IMG/VR virus record: IMGVR_UViG_3300031951_021456
Location: 183,933 to 247,932 of that record
DNA length: 64,000 nt
Reading direction: 5' to 3' (one strand)
The position numbers and the translations under genes are program-made. The notes under the pieces were generated by a model, which did no database searches, had not been told where the DNA came from, and saw only the letters and a program-made list of their open reading frames with translations. Shown here one piece after another: positions 17,287-27,294 of this stretch. Positions within the stretch are counted from its first letter, which is position 1. Each line of letters starts with the position of its first letter.

Positions 17287-17889
17287 ATGAAATCCTTGAT
17301 TGCCACTAGCAGCTTGATGATCGCCGCAGCCCTGGTCGCACCCCCTGCGAAAGCGCAGACACCATGCATGAGTGGCTTGCCGGTCAGCACCATCGTCAGC
17401 TCAGGTCCATCTGGGTATAGCTGCGAACTTGGAGGGTTAAACTACACGTTTTTTGACAATCTTGCTGAACTCGATAACCCAGGTGCCATCGTAAATTTCC
17501 AGACTTCGCGACAGTTTCAGGTGATTACCTTTGCCAACCTAACCACTGAGGGCGTGGTTGGCTTCTTCTATAAGATTATTTCTCCTTTCGAAACAATCAC
17601 TGATATTCAACTGTCCTATTCACAGGATCCGCCGTTGCCCGACCCGATTATGGAAATATTGATCACCGCTCCAACGTTGCCTAAGCCACCATCTCCAGTA
17701 GTCGCGCTCACTGTGGAAACCGTGTTTGAATCTGATACGAGCATGGCTCCACCTCTTCAAACGCTGAGGTCACTGACCCATACCATCCACAAAACTCCAG
17801 CACCTCTTCCTTTGGCGGGTGCTGGTCTTGCCTTTGGAATGAGCCGAAGAATTAAAACAAGAATTAATATGGGAAAGCAAAACACATAA
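17287..17889 (+). CDS. Secreted protein with a cyanobacterial PEP-CTERM-like sorting tail
   Basis: Signal peptide MKSLIATSSLMIAAALVAPPAKA; C-terminal TPAPLPLAGAGLAFGMSRRIKTRI; high GC. Confidence 0.75.
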   Translation: MKSLIATSSLMIAAALVAPPAKAQTPCMSGLPVSTIVSSGPSGYSCELGGLNYTFFDNLAELDNPGAIVNFQTSRQFQVITFANLTTEGVVGFFYKIISPFETITDIQLSYSQDPPLPDPIMEILITAPTLPKPPSPVVALTVETVFESDTSMAPPLQTLRSLTHTIHKTPAPLPLAGAGLAFGMSRRIKTRINMGKQNT

Positions 17890-17964
17890 AATGATATTGA
17901 GTTCTAAATTTAATTAAAAAATAACAATACAAGTTAAAATCTATATAGCGTAAATGAGAGAAAG

Positions 17965-18480
17965 ATGATAACAACATCAGTAATGGAAAAAAAGAAAAGA
18001 AGAACACATTATGTAATTAATGCTGACTTTTATGATGCTCTAATTAAATACAAAGATCGTGTAAAACAAGCAGAAGAAAAAGAACAACCAAAACCAAGAA
18101 TCCCTGAATATATTGGTAAGTGTTTTTTGGAAATTGCAAATCATTTAGCATTTACTCCAAAATTTATAAACTACTCATATAAAGATTTAATGATCTCTGA
18201 TGGTTATACTGATTGTGTGAAATATGTTTTAAATTTTGATCCATATTTTAAGGGTGGAAAAACGGTTAAGAATCCTTTCTCTTACTTTACAACAATTTGT
18301 TATTGGGCATTTGTTCGTAGAATTAAACAAGAGAAAAAAACTCTAGAGCTTTATGATATGCTTCTAGAAAAGAATGGATTTGATGAAGTCTTTCATGATG
18401 ATTCAGCAGATGGAGATTATTCAAACTATTCCGATTTTAATAGCATCAAAGATTCTGTGCATTCAAGAATGAGATATTGA
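17965..18480 (+). CDS. gp55: Late-transcription sigma factor gp55
   Basis: HYVINADF...IPEYIGKCFLEIANHL...MISDG...NFDP...NPFSYFTTICYWAFVRRIKQEKK. Confidence 0.95.
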   Translation: MITTSVMEKKKRRTHYVINADFYDALIKYKDRVKQAEEKEQPKPRIPEYIGKCFLEIANHLAFTPKFINYSYKDLMISDGYTDCVKYVLNFDPYFKGGKTVKNPFSYFTTICYWAFVRRIKQEKKTLELYDMLLEKNGFDEVFHDDSADGDYSNYSDFNSIKDSVHSRMRY

Positions 18481-18481
18481 A

Positions 18482-19531
18482 ATGAGTAAAGTAGCAATTT
18501 TGACCGATCAGCACTTCGGATTCAAAAGACAGTCAACAATCTTTCATGATTATTTCTTGAAGTTCTATAATGATGTCTTCTTTCCCTTTCTTGAGGAAAA
18601 TAATATCTCAACTGTCATTGATTTAGGTGATACTTTTGATAGTCGTAAAACTCTTGATCTAACAACAATTGATTGGGCTAAGAGAAACTACTATGATAGA
18701 TTAGAAGCTCTTAACTGTCAGGTTCATACGATTGTTGGAAATCATACGACTTATTATCGCAATACCAATAGAATTAATACACCTGAACTACTTCTGAATC
18801 AATATCCAAACATTCAAACCTATTCTGGGGCAACTGAAATTCAACTGAATGATCTTTCAGTGCTGCTGATTCCCTGGATCAATCAAGAGAATGAAAAAGA
18901 TACTTTGAAACTCATTGAAAATACTAAGGCAACTGTTGCAATGGGACATTTAGAATTGAATGGTTTCTATGTCAATCGTGGCACACAAATGGAAGGAGGT
19001 AAGGATCCTGACGTTTTTTCTAAGTTCAAAAAAGTATTTACCGGACATTTTCATACTCGTTCAGATAATGGAACAATTTACTACATTGGCAATCCTTATG
19101 AAATGTTCTTCAGTGATGTTGGAGATCCTAGAGGATTTATTATTTTTGATACCGATACATTAAAACACTCCTATGTAAACAATCCAAATCATTTATTTGA
19201 TTATGTTTATTATGAGGATACAGATATTGATTCATTTGATTTTGAGTCTTATTCTGGTAAAGTTATTAAAGTAATCATCAGAAAAAAATCTGATATTAAT
19301 TTATTTGATGAATTTATTAGTAATTTTTATCGGGTTGGTGTTTCAGATCTTAAGATTATTGAAAACTATTCTGTTTCTGAAGATTCTGAAGAATTTGATG
19401 CCGATTTAGAAAGTGAAGACACATTTAGTCTCATTCAAAGATTTGTAGAAGAAAGTGATGTTAATCTAAACAAAGATAAGTTGAAGTTAGTTTTGTCTGA
19501 GTTACACAAAGAAGCCTGTGAATTAATCTGA
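18482..19531 (+). CDS. gp47: Recombination endonuclease subunit gp47 (Mre11/SbcD-like)
   Basis: TDQHFG, DLGDTFD, VGNH, MGHLE, TGHFH. Confidence 0.95.
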   Translation: MSKVAILTDQHFGFKRQSTIFHDYFLKFYNDVFFPFLEENNISTVIDLGDTFDSRKTLDLTTIDWAKRNYYDRLEALNCQVHTIVGNHTTYYRNTNRINTPELLLNQYPNIQTYSGATEIQLNDLSVLLIPWINQENEKDTLKLIENTKATVAMGHLELNGFYVNRGTQMEGGKDPDVFSKFKKVFTGHFHTRSDNGTIYYIGNPYEMFFSDVGDPRGFIIFDTDTLKHSYVNNPNHLFDYVYYEDTDIDSFDFESYSGKVIKVIIRKKSDINLFDEFISNFYRVGVSDLKIIENYSVSEDSEEFDADLESEDTFSLIQRFVEESDVNLNKDKLKLVLSELHKEACELI

Positions 19532-19794
19532 TGTTTTTGATAACTTTAAAAGAAACACCTGAAAGAGGTGCATTTTCTGTTACTAATGAGAAGGGCAATA
19601 AGATTCTTTATCTTTTTCAACAATCTGATGATGCTCTAAGATTTTCAATGCAGCTTGAAGAAAATGGTTATCCCAAAACCGAAATTGTTGAATGTGAAGA
19701 TAGAAAAATAATTTATACATGTGAGCTAACAAATACAAAATATGCTATAATTAAACCTGAAGATCTTGTTGTTCCACCTGTTTTTGAGAAATGA
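19531..19794 (+). CDS. Conserved cyanophage hypothetical protein
   Basis: Between gp47 and gp46; YLFQQSDDALRF...IVVPP. Confidence 0.75.
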   Translation: MFLITLKETPERGAFSVTNEKGNKILYLFQQSDDALRFSMQLEENGYPKTEIVECEDRKIIYTCELTNTKYAIIKPEDLVVPPVFEK

Positions 19795-21509
19795 TAATCT
19801 TAGAGAAAGTACGCTATAAAAATCTTCTTTCTATTGGAAACACTTTTACTGAAATTGAACTCAATAAAAACCCAACAACATTGATTGTAGGTAAGAATGG
19901 AAGTTCAAAGTCAACAGTAATTGAATCCATCACTTTTGCATTATTCAAGAAAGCCTATAGACCAATCAATTTACCTCAGCTCATTAATTCAATCAATGAA
20001 AAAGATTGTCTAGTTGAACTTGAATTTTCAATCAACTCAACCAAATGGATGGTGAGACGTGGACTTAAGCCAAATATATTTGAGCTTTATAGAGATGGAC
20101 AATTATTAGAACAAGATGCTTCAGCCATTGATCAACAAAGATGGTTTGAGCAAAATGTTCTTAAGATGAACTATAAAACGTTCATTCAAATTGTTATTCT
20201 TGGAAGTGGTAATTATATACCATTCATGCAATTACCACTTGCGCAAAGAAGAGAAATCATTGAAGATCTTTTAGATATTCGCATTTTCTCTTCAATGAAT
20301 GTTGTTCTTAAAGAAAAACTCAAGACAATCAAAGATGATTTAAAACAGCTCAATGTTTCTGAAAAGCATCTACACGATAAAGCAGTCATGCAAAGACGTT
20401 TCATTGATGAAATTGAAAAGGAGAGCAATACAAGAATCAATGAGAAACAACAGAGAATTGAAGGTCTCTCAAAAGTCATTGATAAGATGATCAATGACAA
20501 TAAAACTATTGAGAGTCAAATTCAAGAACTTAATCAACAAATCTCCGAGGTTTCAGCATCTTCAAATAAACTTAATCAACTTGGAACTTTAAAAGGTAAA
20601 ATCTCACAAAGAGTTGGAACAATTAATAAAGACTTAAGGTTCTTTCAAGAAAATTCAATTTGTCCAACATGTACTCAAAATATTGATGAAGAATTTAAGA
20701 CTAATAAGATTACAGAATACCAAAAATCATCAGAAGAGTTTTCTGGTGCTCTCTCTGAAATTAATGATGCTATTACTTCTCAAGAAGAAAAACAAAGACA
20801 GTTTTCAGCATTATCACAACAAATTGTTAAGTTGAATCAAAAAATCAGTTCACACAATATTCAGATTTCAACTGCCCAAAAACAGATTTCTGAATTGAAC
20901 GAAGAGATTGAATCAATTCAAGAAAATGTTCAAAATAGAAGTACAGAAAATGAAAAACTCTCTCAAATTGAGGAAGAGTTACTACAAGTTCAGACAGATT
21001 TCTTGAATAAAAAGGACTCTTTACAGTATTATGAATATATGGCTAGTCTTCTTAAAGATGGTGGAGTTAAGACAAAGATCATCCGTAAATACTTACCGAT
21101 CATTAATCAGTTGATCAATAAGTATCTGAATACGATGGATATGTTTATTAACTTTACATTTGATGAAGAGTTTAATGAAACAATCAATTCACCTTTACAC
21201 GATAACTTCTCTTACAGCTCATTCTCTGAAGGACAAAAACAAAGAATCAATCTGAGTATTCTTTGGACGTTTAGAGAGCTTGTAAAAATTAAGAACTCAA
21301 CAAATGTAAATCTTCTTCTGTTTGATGAGATTTTAGATAGTTCGCTAGATGATGCAGGAATTGAAGAGTTTATTAGAATTGTTAAGTATGTCTTTACTGA
21401 TACTAATACGTTCATCATTTCTCATAGAGAAGGTGTGACTGAAAAGTTTGAACACATTCTTGAATTTGAGAAGCAGGGTAACTTTAGCCGAATTTCAAAT
21501 ATAACTTAA
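19791..21509 (+). CDS. gp46: Recombination ATPase gp46 (Rad50/SbcC-like)
   Basis: GKNGSSKST, CPTC zinc hook, FSEGQKQRI, LFDEILD. Confidence 0.95.
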   Translation: MIILEKVRYKNLLSIGNTFTEIELNKNPTTLIVGKNGSSKSTVIESITFALFKKAYRPINLPQLINSINEKDCLVELEFSINSTKWMVRRGLKPNIFELYRDGQLLEQDASAIDQQRWFEQNVLKMNYKTFIQIVILGSGNYIPFMQLPLAQRREIIEDLLDIRIFSSMNVVLKEKLKTIKDDLKQLNVSEKHLHDKAVMQRRFIDEIEKESNTRINEKQQRIEGLSKVIDKMINDNKTIESQIQELNQQISEVSASSNKLNQLGTLKGKISQRVGTINKDLRFFQENSICPTCTQNIDEEFKTNKITEYQKSSEEFSGALSEINDAITSQEEKQRQFSALSQQIVKLNQKISSHNIQISTAQKQISELNEEIESIQENVQNRSTENEKLSQIEEELLQVQTDFLNKKDSLQYYEYMASLLKDGGVKTKIIRKYLPIINQLINKYLNTMDMFINFTFDEEFNETINSPLHDNFSYSSFSEGQKQRINLSILWTFRELVKIKNSTNVNLLLFDEILDSSLDDAGIEEFIRIVKYVFTDTNTFIISHREGVTEKFEHILEFEKQGNFSRISNIT

Positions 21510-21519
21510 ATTAAACAAA

Positions 21520-21738
21520 ATGGAACAAAAAATTTCTATTACCCAAGATTTGATAGATCAACTGATCGTAAAATATAAAGATTTGTCTGACTACTGGGAC
21601 ATTGCAGCAGCAATCATTAATGAAATTTATCCACGAGAAGATAAAAGCGATGCAGAGTTTTATTATTATGTTCATGCCATTTGGGAATTAATTGACGACT
21701 ATGCAAGAAGGGACCGCTTAAAAAACTGGCACACATAA
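21520..21738 (+). CDS. Hypothetical protein
   Basis: 72-aa ORF. Confidence 0.6.
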   Translation: MEQKISITQDLIDQLIVKYKDLSDYWDIAAAIINEIYPREDKSDAEFYYYVHAIWELIDDYARRDRLKNWHT

Positions 21739-21768
21739 GCAACACTTTTGTAGAATTTATGATAGATT
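21712..21768 (+). promoter_or_regulatory. Dyad-motif promoter (-10 TAGATT)
   Basis: GACCGCTTAAAAAACTGGCAC, 30-bp spacer. Confidence 0.7.
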
Positions 21769-21786
21769 GCAATTAATCAAATTAAT

Positions 21787-22410
21787 TTGAGGGTTCAATT
21801 TATTATGGTTACTAGAACTGTTAATTTTAGCGATAACACACTTACTCATTATAGTGAATCAATTGGAGAAAATATACCCATAGATTGCATTGGAAATTTA
21901 ACACGAGAGGAATTACGCATTCTTACAAAAGAACTTGAATTTAGTCTAATAAACATTGAATCACAAATTGAACATTTAGATAAAGTTATTGAAACTAAAG
22001 AGGTGGCAATTAATGACGAGATTCACTTAAGATCAATTAAAGTTAGAACTGCACAAAAAATAAAGAAAAAATTTCTAGACAGGGTTAGAAGGGTAAGGGG
22101 TATAAATCCAGTCTTAGCAAGTAAATTTGTTTTACATTTTTATAGTAATGAGCTTGATAAAGAGTATGACGAATTTATGATTTCATATATGTCTAATGAA
22201 GAATTGCAAATTATTTCTGCCGAATTAAAACAAATTTTACGAAGAGAAAATGTCATTATAGAACATTATGATAATTCAATTTCCCCTAGCTCAGAAAATA
22301 AAGAAGAATGTAAAATTATTTCACTTAAAACTTCCCATAGTTATCACACAAAATTTTTACAACGTGTTATAAAAGAACAACGTAGACGAAAACCTCAAAA
22401 AAGAGTTTGA
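21787..22410 (+). CDS. Hypothetical helical protein with an internal duplication
   Basis: Two similar segments: EEL.I...EL...IEH.D...KFL.RV. Confidence 0.65.
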   Translation: MRVQFIMVTRTVNFSDNTLTHYSESIGENIPIDCIGNLTREELRILTKELEFSLINIESQIEHLDKVIETKEVAINDEIHLRSIKVRTAQKIKKKFLDRVRRVRGINPVLASKFVLHFYSNELDKEYDEFMISYMSNEELQIISAELKQILRRENVIIEHYDNSISPSSENKEECKIISLKTSHSYHTKFLQRVIKEQRRRKPQKRV

Positions 22411-22439
22411 ATGTGTAGTTAAATTAAAAACACGCATGA

Positions 22440-22495
22440 GCCACTTAAAGAACTGGCACACATAAGCAACACTTATCCAAAAATCATGTTACATT
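22440..22495 (+). promoter_or_regulatory. Dyad-motif promoter (-10 TACATT)
   Basis: Shares the 24-bp AACTGGCACACATAAGCAACACTT with the 21712 copy. Confidence 0.7.
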
Positions 22496-22515
22496 AATAT
22501 CACTGGCAAAACAAT

Positions 22516-22830
22516 ATGACAGAAAACAAAGACCACTTTTGGAAATATAATGAAGGTGAGATTCTTAGAGAGATTGAAGAATATCTGATCGGAACCTATA
22601 ATGCTCATTATGTTGGGGATAATGGAATACAGGCAATGGATCTTATCTCAGCAATCGGTGATGGAGTTCCATTTTCACGCTCAAGTATCATTAAATATGC
22701 AAGCCGATATGGTAAGAAAAATGGGTTCTCAAAATCAGATTGTCTAAAAATCATACACTTCTGCATCTTTCTATATCACTTTTCAAATCACGATAAACAA
22801 ACAACTGAAAAATATGAAACTCTCTCCTGA
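22516..22830 (+). CDS. Conserved cyanophage protein (DUF3310-like)
   Basis: WKYNEGEIL...TYNAHY...IKYASRYGKK...D.LKIIH. Confidence 0.75.
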   Translation: MTENKDHFWKYNEGEILREIEEYLIGTYNAHYVGDNGIQAMDLISAIGDGVPFSRSSIIKYASRYGKKNGFSKSDCLKIIHFCIFLYHFSNHDKQTTEKYETLS

Positions 22831-23503
22831 AACAATTGAAATTCTTAGTAATTTCTCTTCTATTAATAACTCAATTATCATTTCTCCAGGAAGCGTAATT
22901 AAAACAATTAATTCTGAACGAAATGTTTTTGCAAAAGCAACAGTTCAAGAAACATTTCCTCGTGATATTCCAATCTATGAATTAAGAGAGTTTCTCAATA
23001 TCTTTAAAATTCATAAAGATGCTGATGTTGATTTTTCAGATGAACAATATATTCTAGTTCAACATAATCGCACTCGCATGAAGTTTTATTATGCAGATTT
23101 ATATTCTCTCTCTAAAAATTTAAATCTTCCTGACAGAGATTATGTACTTGATGATGTCGTTCTGAGTATTAATCTAGAATCTGAACAAATTGAAAGAGTA
23201 AGAAAAGCTGCAAATTATTACAGTCTTAATGATCTATCTTTGACTGGGGCTGAAGGAAGAATTGAGTTGCTAGTTCATAATAAAGAAGATTCAACCTCAA
23301 AGTCTTATAATGTTGAGATTGGTGAAACTGAAAATCAGTTTTGTTTCAATCTTATTGAAAAAAACATTAAGATTCTTTCGGGATCTTATATGCTTGAAAT
23401 TGCTAGAGTTAATGATAGTAATTTTGCAGCTAGATTCATCAATCAAAATCAAGAGCTTGAATATTTTATCGCTACAGAGCCCGATAGTTCTTATGACGAT
23501 TAA
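22814..23503 (+). CDS. gp45: Sliding clamp gp45
   Basis: MKLSPETIEILSNFSSINNSI...EYFIATEPDS. Confidence 0.93.
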   Translation: MKLSPETIEILSNFSSINNSIIISPGSVIKTINSERNVFAKATVQETFPRDIPIYELREFLNIFKIHKDADVDFSDEQYILVQHNRTRMKFYYADLYSLSKNLNLPDRDYVLDDVVLSINLESEQIERVRKAANYYSLNDLSLTGAEGRIELLVHNKEDSTSKSYNVEIGETENQFCFNLIEKNIKILSGSYMLEIARVNDSNFAARFINQNQELEYFIATEPDSSYDD

Positions 23504-23858
23504 GATTTCCAAGACACATCAAAAATTTGCATATCGCTTAAAAGACCAAACTGCTCTAGAATACCCTGAACGTTTTCTAGGACCCAATTGGAAGAATGTA
23601 TTGAACTTTTGGTTTTATTTGGATACTTTGAGTGTTGAAGATTTTGAGATAGTTTATGATCGTTATTGGGATTTGGATGATCTGAGTGCCATAAAGAATC
23701 TTGCTTGGAAAGCTGTTAAAGATACTATAGAATATTATAATGCAAATGAAGCTTGGTGTGCTACTGCTGGTATTGCTACACGTTGCGCGACTTGTGAACT
23801 CATTGGCTCACACAATCTTAAGTCTTTGAATTTTCTTCCCTTGTTTTTGAATTTATGA
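23493..23858 (+). CDS. LGPNW-family paralog 2 (start moved from 23310)
   Basis: KISKTHQKF...LGPNWKNVLNFW...ATCELIGSH...FLPLF. Confidence 0.85.
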   Translation: MTIKISKTHQKFAYRLKDQTALEYPERFLGPNWKNVLNFWFYLDTLSVEDFEIVYDRYWDLDDLSAIKNLAWKAVKDTIEYYNANEAWCATAGIATRCATCELIGSHNLKSLNFLPLFLNL

Positions 23859-24250
23859 AAATCTCTAAGACTCATCAAACTCTTTCAGAAGTAATGGATG
23901 ATATAAGAGTTCTTACTGAACCTGAAAACTATCTAGGAACTAACTGGAAAGAAGTCTTAAATTTCTGGATCTTTCTAGATACTATGAATGAAGAGCAGTG
24001 GAATAGTATTAATGTTGCTTATTCTTCTTTAAGTTGGGATGAACGAGATGCTTCATTTCTAGAAATTCTTAATCTTGCTAGAGATCTTCGTGGTGTGCGT
24101 TCTGCATGGCTTGCTGCTTCTAGATATTATCTTGCTGCTTCTAGTTGTCGCGGGGCTTCTGGTTTTGCAACATATGAACTTATTAATTCTCATAAGCGTA
24201 AAAAACAAGGAAAATCTTTAGTCTATTTTCCATTATTTTTAAATATATGA
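23855..24250 (+). CDS. LGPNW-family paralog 3
   Basis: MKISKTHQ...LGTNWKEVLNFW...ATYELINSH. Confidence 0.85.
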   Translation: MKISKTHQTLSEVMDDIRVLTEPENYLGTNWKEVLNFWIFLDTMNEEQWNSINVAYSSLSWDERDASFLEILNLARDLRGVRSAWLAASRYYLAASSCRGASGFATYELINSHKRKKQGKSLVYFPLFLNI

Positions 24251-24843
24251 AAATTTCCACCTTTCATAATAATCTTAGTTTTATACTAGAAAATGAAGAA
24301 GTTCTTACTGATCCCTCATTATATTTGGGAAATAATTGGAAATCTATATTAAATTTTTGGTTTTATTTGGAAAACCTAAGTGAACATATAAAACAAAAAA
24401 TCTTAGAATTTGATAAAGAGGAGTATCATAATGCAGGTATTATAAAATATGTAGATTATATTTATCATATTCTTCCACCAGAAGAGGATTATATTTGGGA
24501 TGCAGTTAATATGAATTGTGAAGAAATTTCTTTAAATTGGTATTATGCCTGGGCAACTCTAGAAATTTTATGTCATGATAAAATTTTAAAGAACAATTTA
24601 GAATTGAAATTTCTACCACTTTTTATTCCACCAAAGCCAAAAATTGTTTTAGTGTCAACACCAAAGGGTGAGATGACTATGGACTATATGAAAAGTATAG
24701 TTAATAAATTTTATCCCAATCTTTTTGGTGATCTTCCCGGCGTTGAACCAATTTCTAGTCAAATGTCTAGTGAATACCTGGACATCTCTAGAAACGAGAT
24801 GCCAATTTTAGAACAAATACGAACTGGACGAACAATTTTTTAA
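24247..24843 (+). CDS. LGPNW-family paralog 4 with C-terminal extension
   Basis: MKISTFH...LGNNWKSILNFW...ATLEI...FLPLF plus about 70 aa. Confidence 0.8.
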   Translation: MKISTFHNNLSFILENEEVLTDPSLYLGNNWKSILNFWFYLENLSEHIKQKILEFDKEEYHNAGIIKYVDYIYHILPPEEDYIWDAVNMNCEEISLNWYYAWATLEILCHDKILKNNLELKFLPLFIPPKPKIVLVSTPKGEMTMDYMKSIVNKFYPNLFGDLPGVEPISSQMSSEYLDISRNEMPILEQIRTGRTIF

Positions 24844-24849
24844 CTTATT

Positions 24850-25794
24850 ATGAACGACGAATTTTTATTTACTGAACGACACAGGCCAAAATCTATTGAA
24901 GAGTGCATTTTACCTGAACAACTCAAAGAATATTTCACTGAAATAAAAGATTCTGGAAATGTCCCAAATCTTCTTTTATCTGGACCTTCAGGAACCGGAA
25001 AAACCTCTGTTATCTTAGCTCTAGCTAATGAACTTAACCGAGATTTCATGAAGATCAATGGAAGTGAAGAGCGAAGTATTGATGTTATCCGAAATAAGGT
25101 TAAGTCATATGCTTCAACTATTTCCCTTTCTTCAACTGGGAAAAAATTTCTACTTATTGATGAAGCTGACAATCTTACTCATGATGCTCAACTTGCCTTA
25201 AGGGCTTTCATTGAAGATTTTCAATCCAATTGTGTTTTTATTTTTACATGCAATTATAAAAATCGTATTGACAAAGCTCTCTGTTCTAGATGTATCAATA
25301 AAGAATTTATTTTCCCAGTTGAAGAAAAACCAAAGATTCTTTCTAGATTCTTTAAGGTAGTTTGTTCAATTCTAGAGAATGAAAATCTTGAGTATGACCA
25401 AAAAATTGTTGCATCATTTGTTGGCAAATACTATCCAGATTTTAGGAGAACACTTCTAGAACTTCAGGGTTATGCAAGAAAAGGTTCAATTGACGTTGGT
25501 ATTCTTGCAGTTTCTTCAGATGTCTCAGTTACTGAACTCTTTGAACATATCCGAAACAAAAATTATTCAAACGTCAGAAAATGGGTGATTGACAATATTG
25601 ATAATGACCCATCCATAACAATCAGAAGAATCTTTGATGAGTTATGGAAAAATGAAAAAATCGTTAAGACAACAATCCCTCCATGTGTTATACATCTGGG
25701 GAAATATCAAGATCTTGCAACTCGTGTTGCAGATCAAGAAATCAATTTAATGGCATGTATTACTGAATTAATGTACGAACTTGAATGGAATTAA
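24850..25794 (+). CDS. gp44: Clamp loader large subunit gp44
   Basis: GPSGTGKT, INGS, IDEADN, FIFTCN, SRC, YYPDFRR. Confidence 0.96.
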   Translation: MNDEFLFTERHRPKSIEECILPEQLKEYFTEIKDSGNVPNLLLSGPSGTGKTSVILALANELNRDFMKINGSEERSIDVIRNKVKSYASTISLSSTGKKFLLIDEADNLTHDAQLALRAFIEDFQSNCVFIFTCNYKNRIDKALCSRCINKEFIFPVEEKPKILSRFFKVVCSILENENLEYDQKIVASFVGKYYPDFRRTLLELQGYARKGSIDVGILAVSSDVSVTELFEHIRNKNYSNVRKWVIDNIDNDPSITIRRIFDELWKNEKIVKTTIPPCVIHLGKYQDLATRVADQEINLMACITELMYELEWN

Positions 25795-25796
25795 TC

Positions 25797-26051
25797 ATGA
25801 ACCGAAATCAATCTGAAGATCTTGCATCACTCGCAGAAGTCTTTTATGCTAATTTGAATGAAGATTCAACTTGGGATAATCCTTTTGGCTATCACAAATG
25901 GAAGCCTGATACAATTATGACAATTTTAGGTGAGGAACCTGAAGGACAATTTAGCGAACTTCATCAAGATTCTCTAACTGATGAACAACGTCAATACGCT
26001 TATATGCTCTATAAGAATCTCCCTAACTTTATTAGTAGCAGTCATGAGTGA
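25797..26051 (+). CDS. Hypothetical protein
   Basis: Operonic ORF (track 25785..26051). Confidence 0.6.
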   Translation: MNRNQSEDLASLAEVFYANLNEDSTWDNPFGYHKWKPDTIMTILGEEPEGQFSELHQDSLTDEQRQYAYMLYKNLPNFISSSHE

Positions 26052-26301
26052 AAACCCGCTTAATCAAGACATGAATGCCTCAAGATGGGCAATGGAATTT
26101 CATTCCATTCATGGTGGTGATGAAGAATTAATGAGAACTTGGTTTGCAAATGCAACTATGTGTGACTGGGATAATCATTTTCGGGTCACAAACCCATATG
26201 AAAATGATTCAATTCATATTCATTTTGACCCTAATAGCCCTAGAGGAGTTATATATAATGAGATATACCAAGATGTCGTATATGTAAATATAAATTTATG
26301 A
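26044..26301 (+). CDS. Hypothetical protein
   Basis: Operonic ORF (track 25981..26301); LMRTWFANA motif. Confidence 0.6.
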   Translation: MSENPLNQDMNASRWAMEFHSIHGGDEELMRTWFANATMCDWDNHFRVTNPYENDSIHIHFDPNSPRGVIYNEIYQDVVYVNINL

Positions 26302-26474
26302 GTAGACAGGAATTATTAGCTAAAATTTATTCTGAGCTTGTGGTAAAAACTTTAATGGTTGTTGGACCTGTTGAAGTTGAAACCTATTCAGATGTTTATA
26401 AAGAAAACTGTGAAGCACTTTATAAAATAGCAAAAATCGCTTCTCGTGAATATAATCAATATGAATATATGTAA
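26298..26474 (+). CDS. Small hypothetical protein (58 aa, not in track)
   Basis: Fills the gap, with ATGA overlap. Confidence 0.5.
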   Translation: MSRQELLAKIYSELVVKTLMVVGPVEVETYSDVYKENCEALYKIAKIASREYNQYEYM

Positions 26475-26479
26475 AAAAT

Positions 26480-26872
26480 GTGAATAACCCAGAACTTAAA
26501 GATTGGTTAAATTCAATCAATTTCTCTAAGGAAAATCTCTTAGATGAAACTCCAGAATCAGTTTCATCTTATCAGCCATACATCATCAATAAATGTATGG
26601 CTAGTCATTTAGATGCTATACTGTTTGTAAATGAGCTAAACCAACTTCCATATATTGATAAGCGAATGCAATACGCTTATTATCTCTATGCTCTAAGACC
26701 AAGAAAAAGATATGCCCCTTGGTTAAAAAGGGAAACCGCAGATAATCTTTCTGCGGTTAAAGAATATTATGGATTTAGTGACAAGAAAGCTTTAGATGCT
26801 TTAAAGGTTCTAAATAGAGACGAAATTATTTTCATTAAACAACGACTGAATAAAGGTGGATTTAAAAAATGA
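26480..26872 (+). CDS. gp62: Clamp loader small subunit gp62
   Basis: LKDWLNSIN...YQPYIINKCM...VKEYYGFSDKKA...L. Confidence 0.92.
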   Translation: MNNPELKDWLNSINFSKENLLDETPESVSSYQPYIINKCMASHLDAILFVNELNQLPYIDKRMQYAYYLYALRPRKRYAPWLKRETADNLSAVKEYYGFSDKKALDALKVLNRDEIIFIKQRLNKGGFKK

Positions 26873-27294
26873 GTGAATTGAACAAAGATGGATACATTAA
26901 TTGGGATTCATCCATGATGATTGAAGTGACACTTGATCAACCAGATACATTTTTGGTTGTTAAAGAAACACTTCAGCGTGTTGGAATTTGTAGTAAGCAT
27001 GAAAAGAAACTCTTTCAGAGTGCACATATTCTCCACAAATCTGGAAAATATTATATCGTTTCTTATAAAGAGTTATTTGCCCTTGATGGAAAGTATTGTA
27101 CTTTAACTCAATCTGATTTACAGAGACGTAATAGAATTGCAAAGCTTTTAAGTGATTGGGGCCTTATTACAATTGTTAATCCTGAACAAATTACAGATAT
27201 GGCTCCTTTGAGTCTTATTAAAGTTCTTGCATATAAAGATCGCCAAGATTATGAACTTATTACTAAGTACACAATTGGTGGAAAACGTAAGTGA
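26869..27294 (+). CDS. regA: Translational repressor RegA
   Basis: FLVVKETLQRVGI...LFQSAHILHKSGKYYIVSYKELFALDG...RRNRIAKLL.DWGL. Confidence 0.95.
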   Translation: MSELNKDGYINWDSSMMIEVTLDQPDTFLVVKETLQRVGICSKHEKKLFQSAHILHKSGKYYIVSYKELFALDGKYCTLTQSDLQRRNRIAKLLSDWGLITIVNPEQITDMAPLSLIKVLAYKDRQDYELITKYTIGGKRK

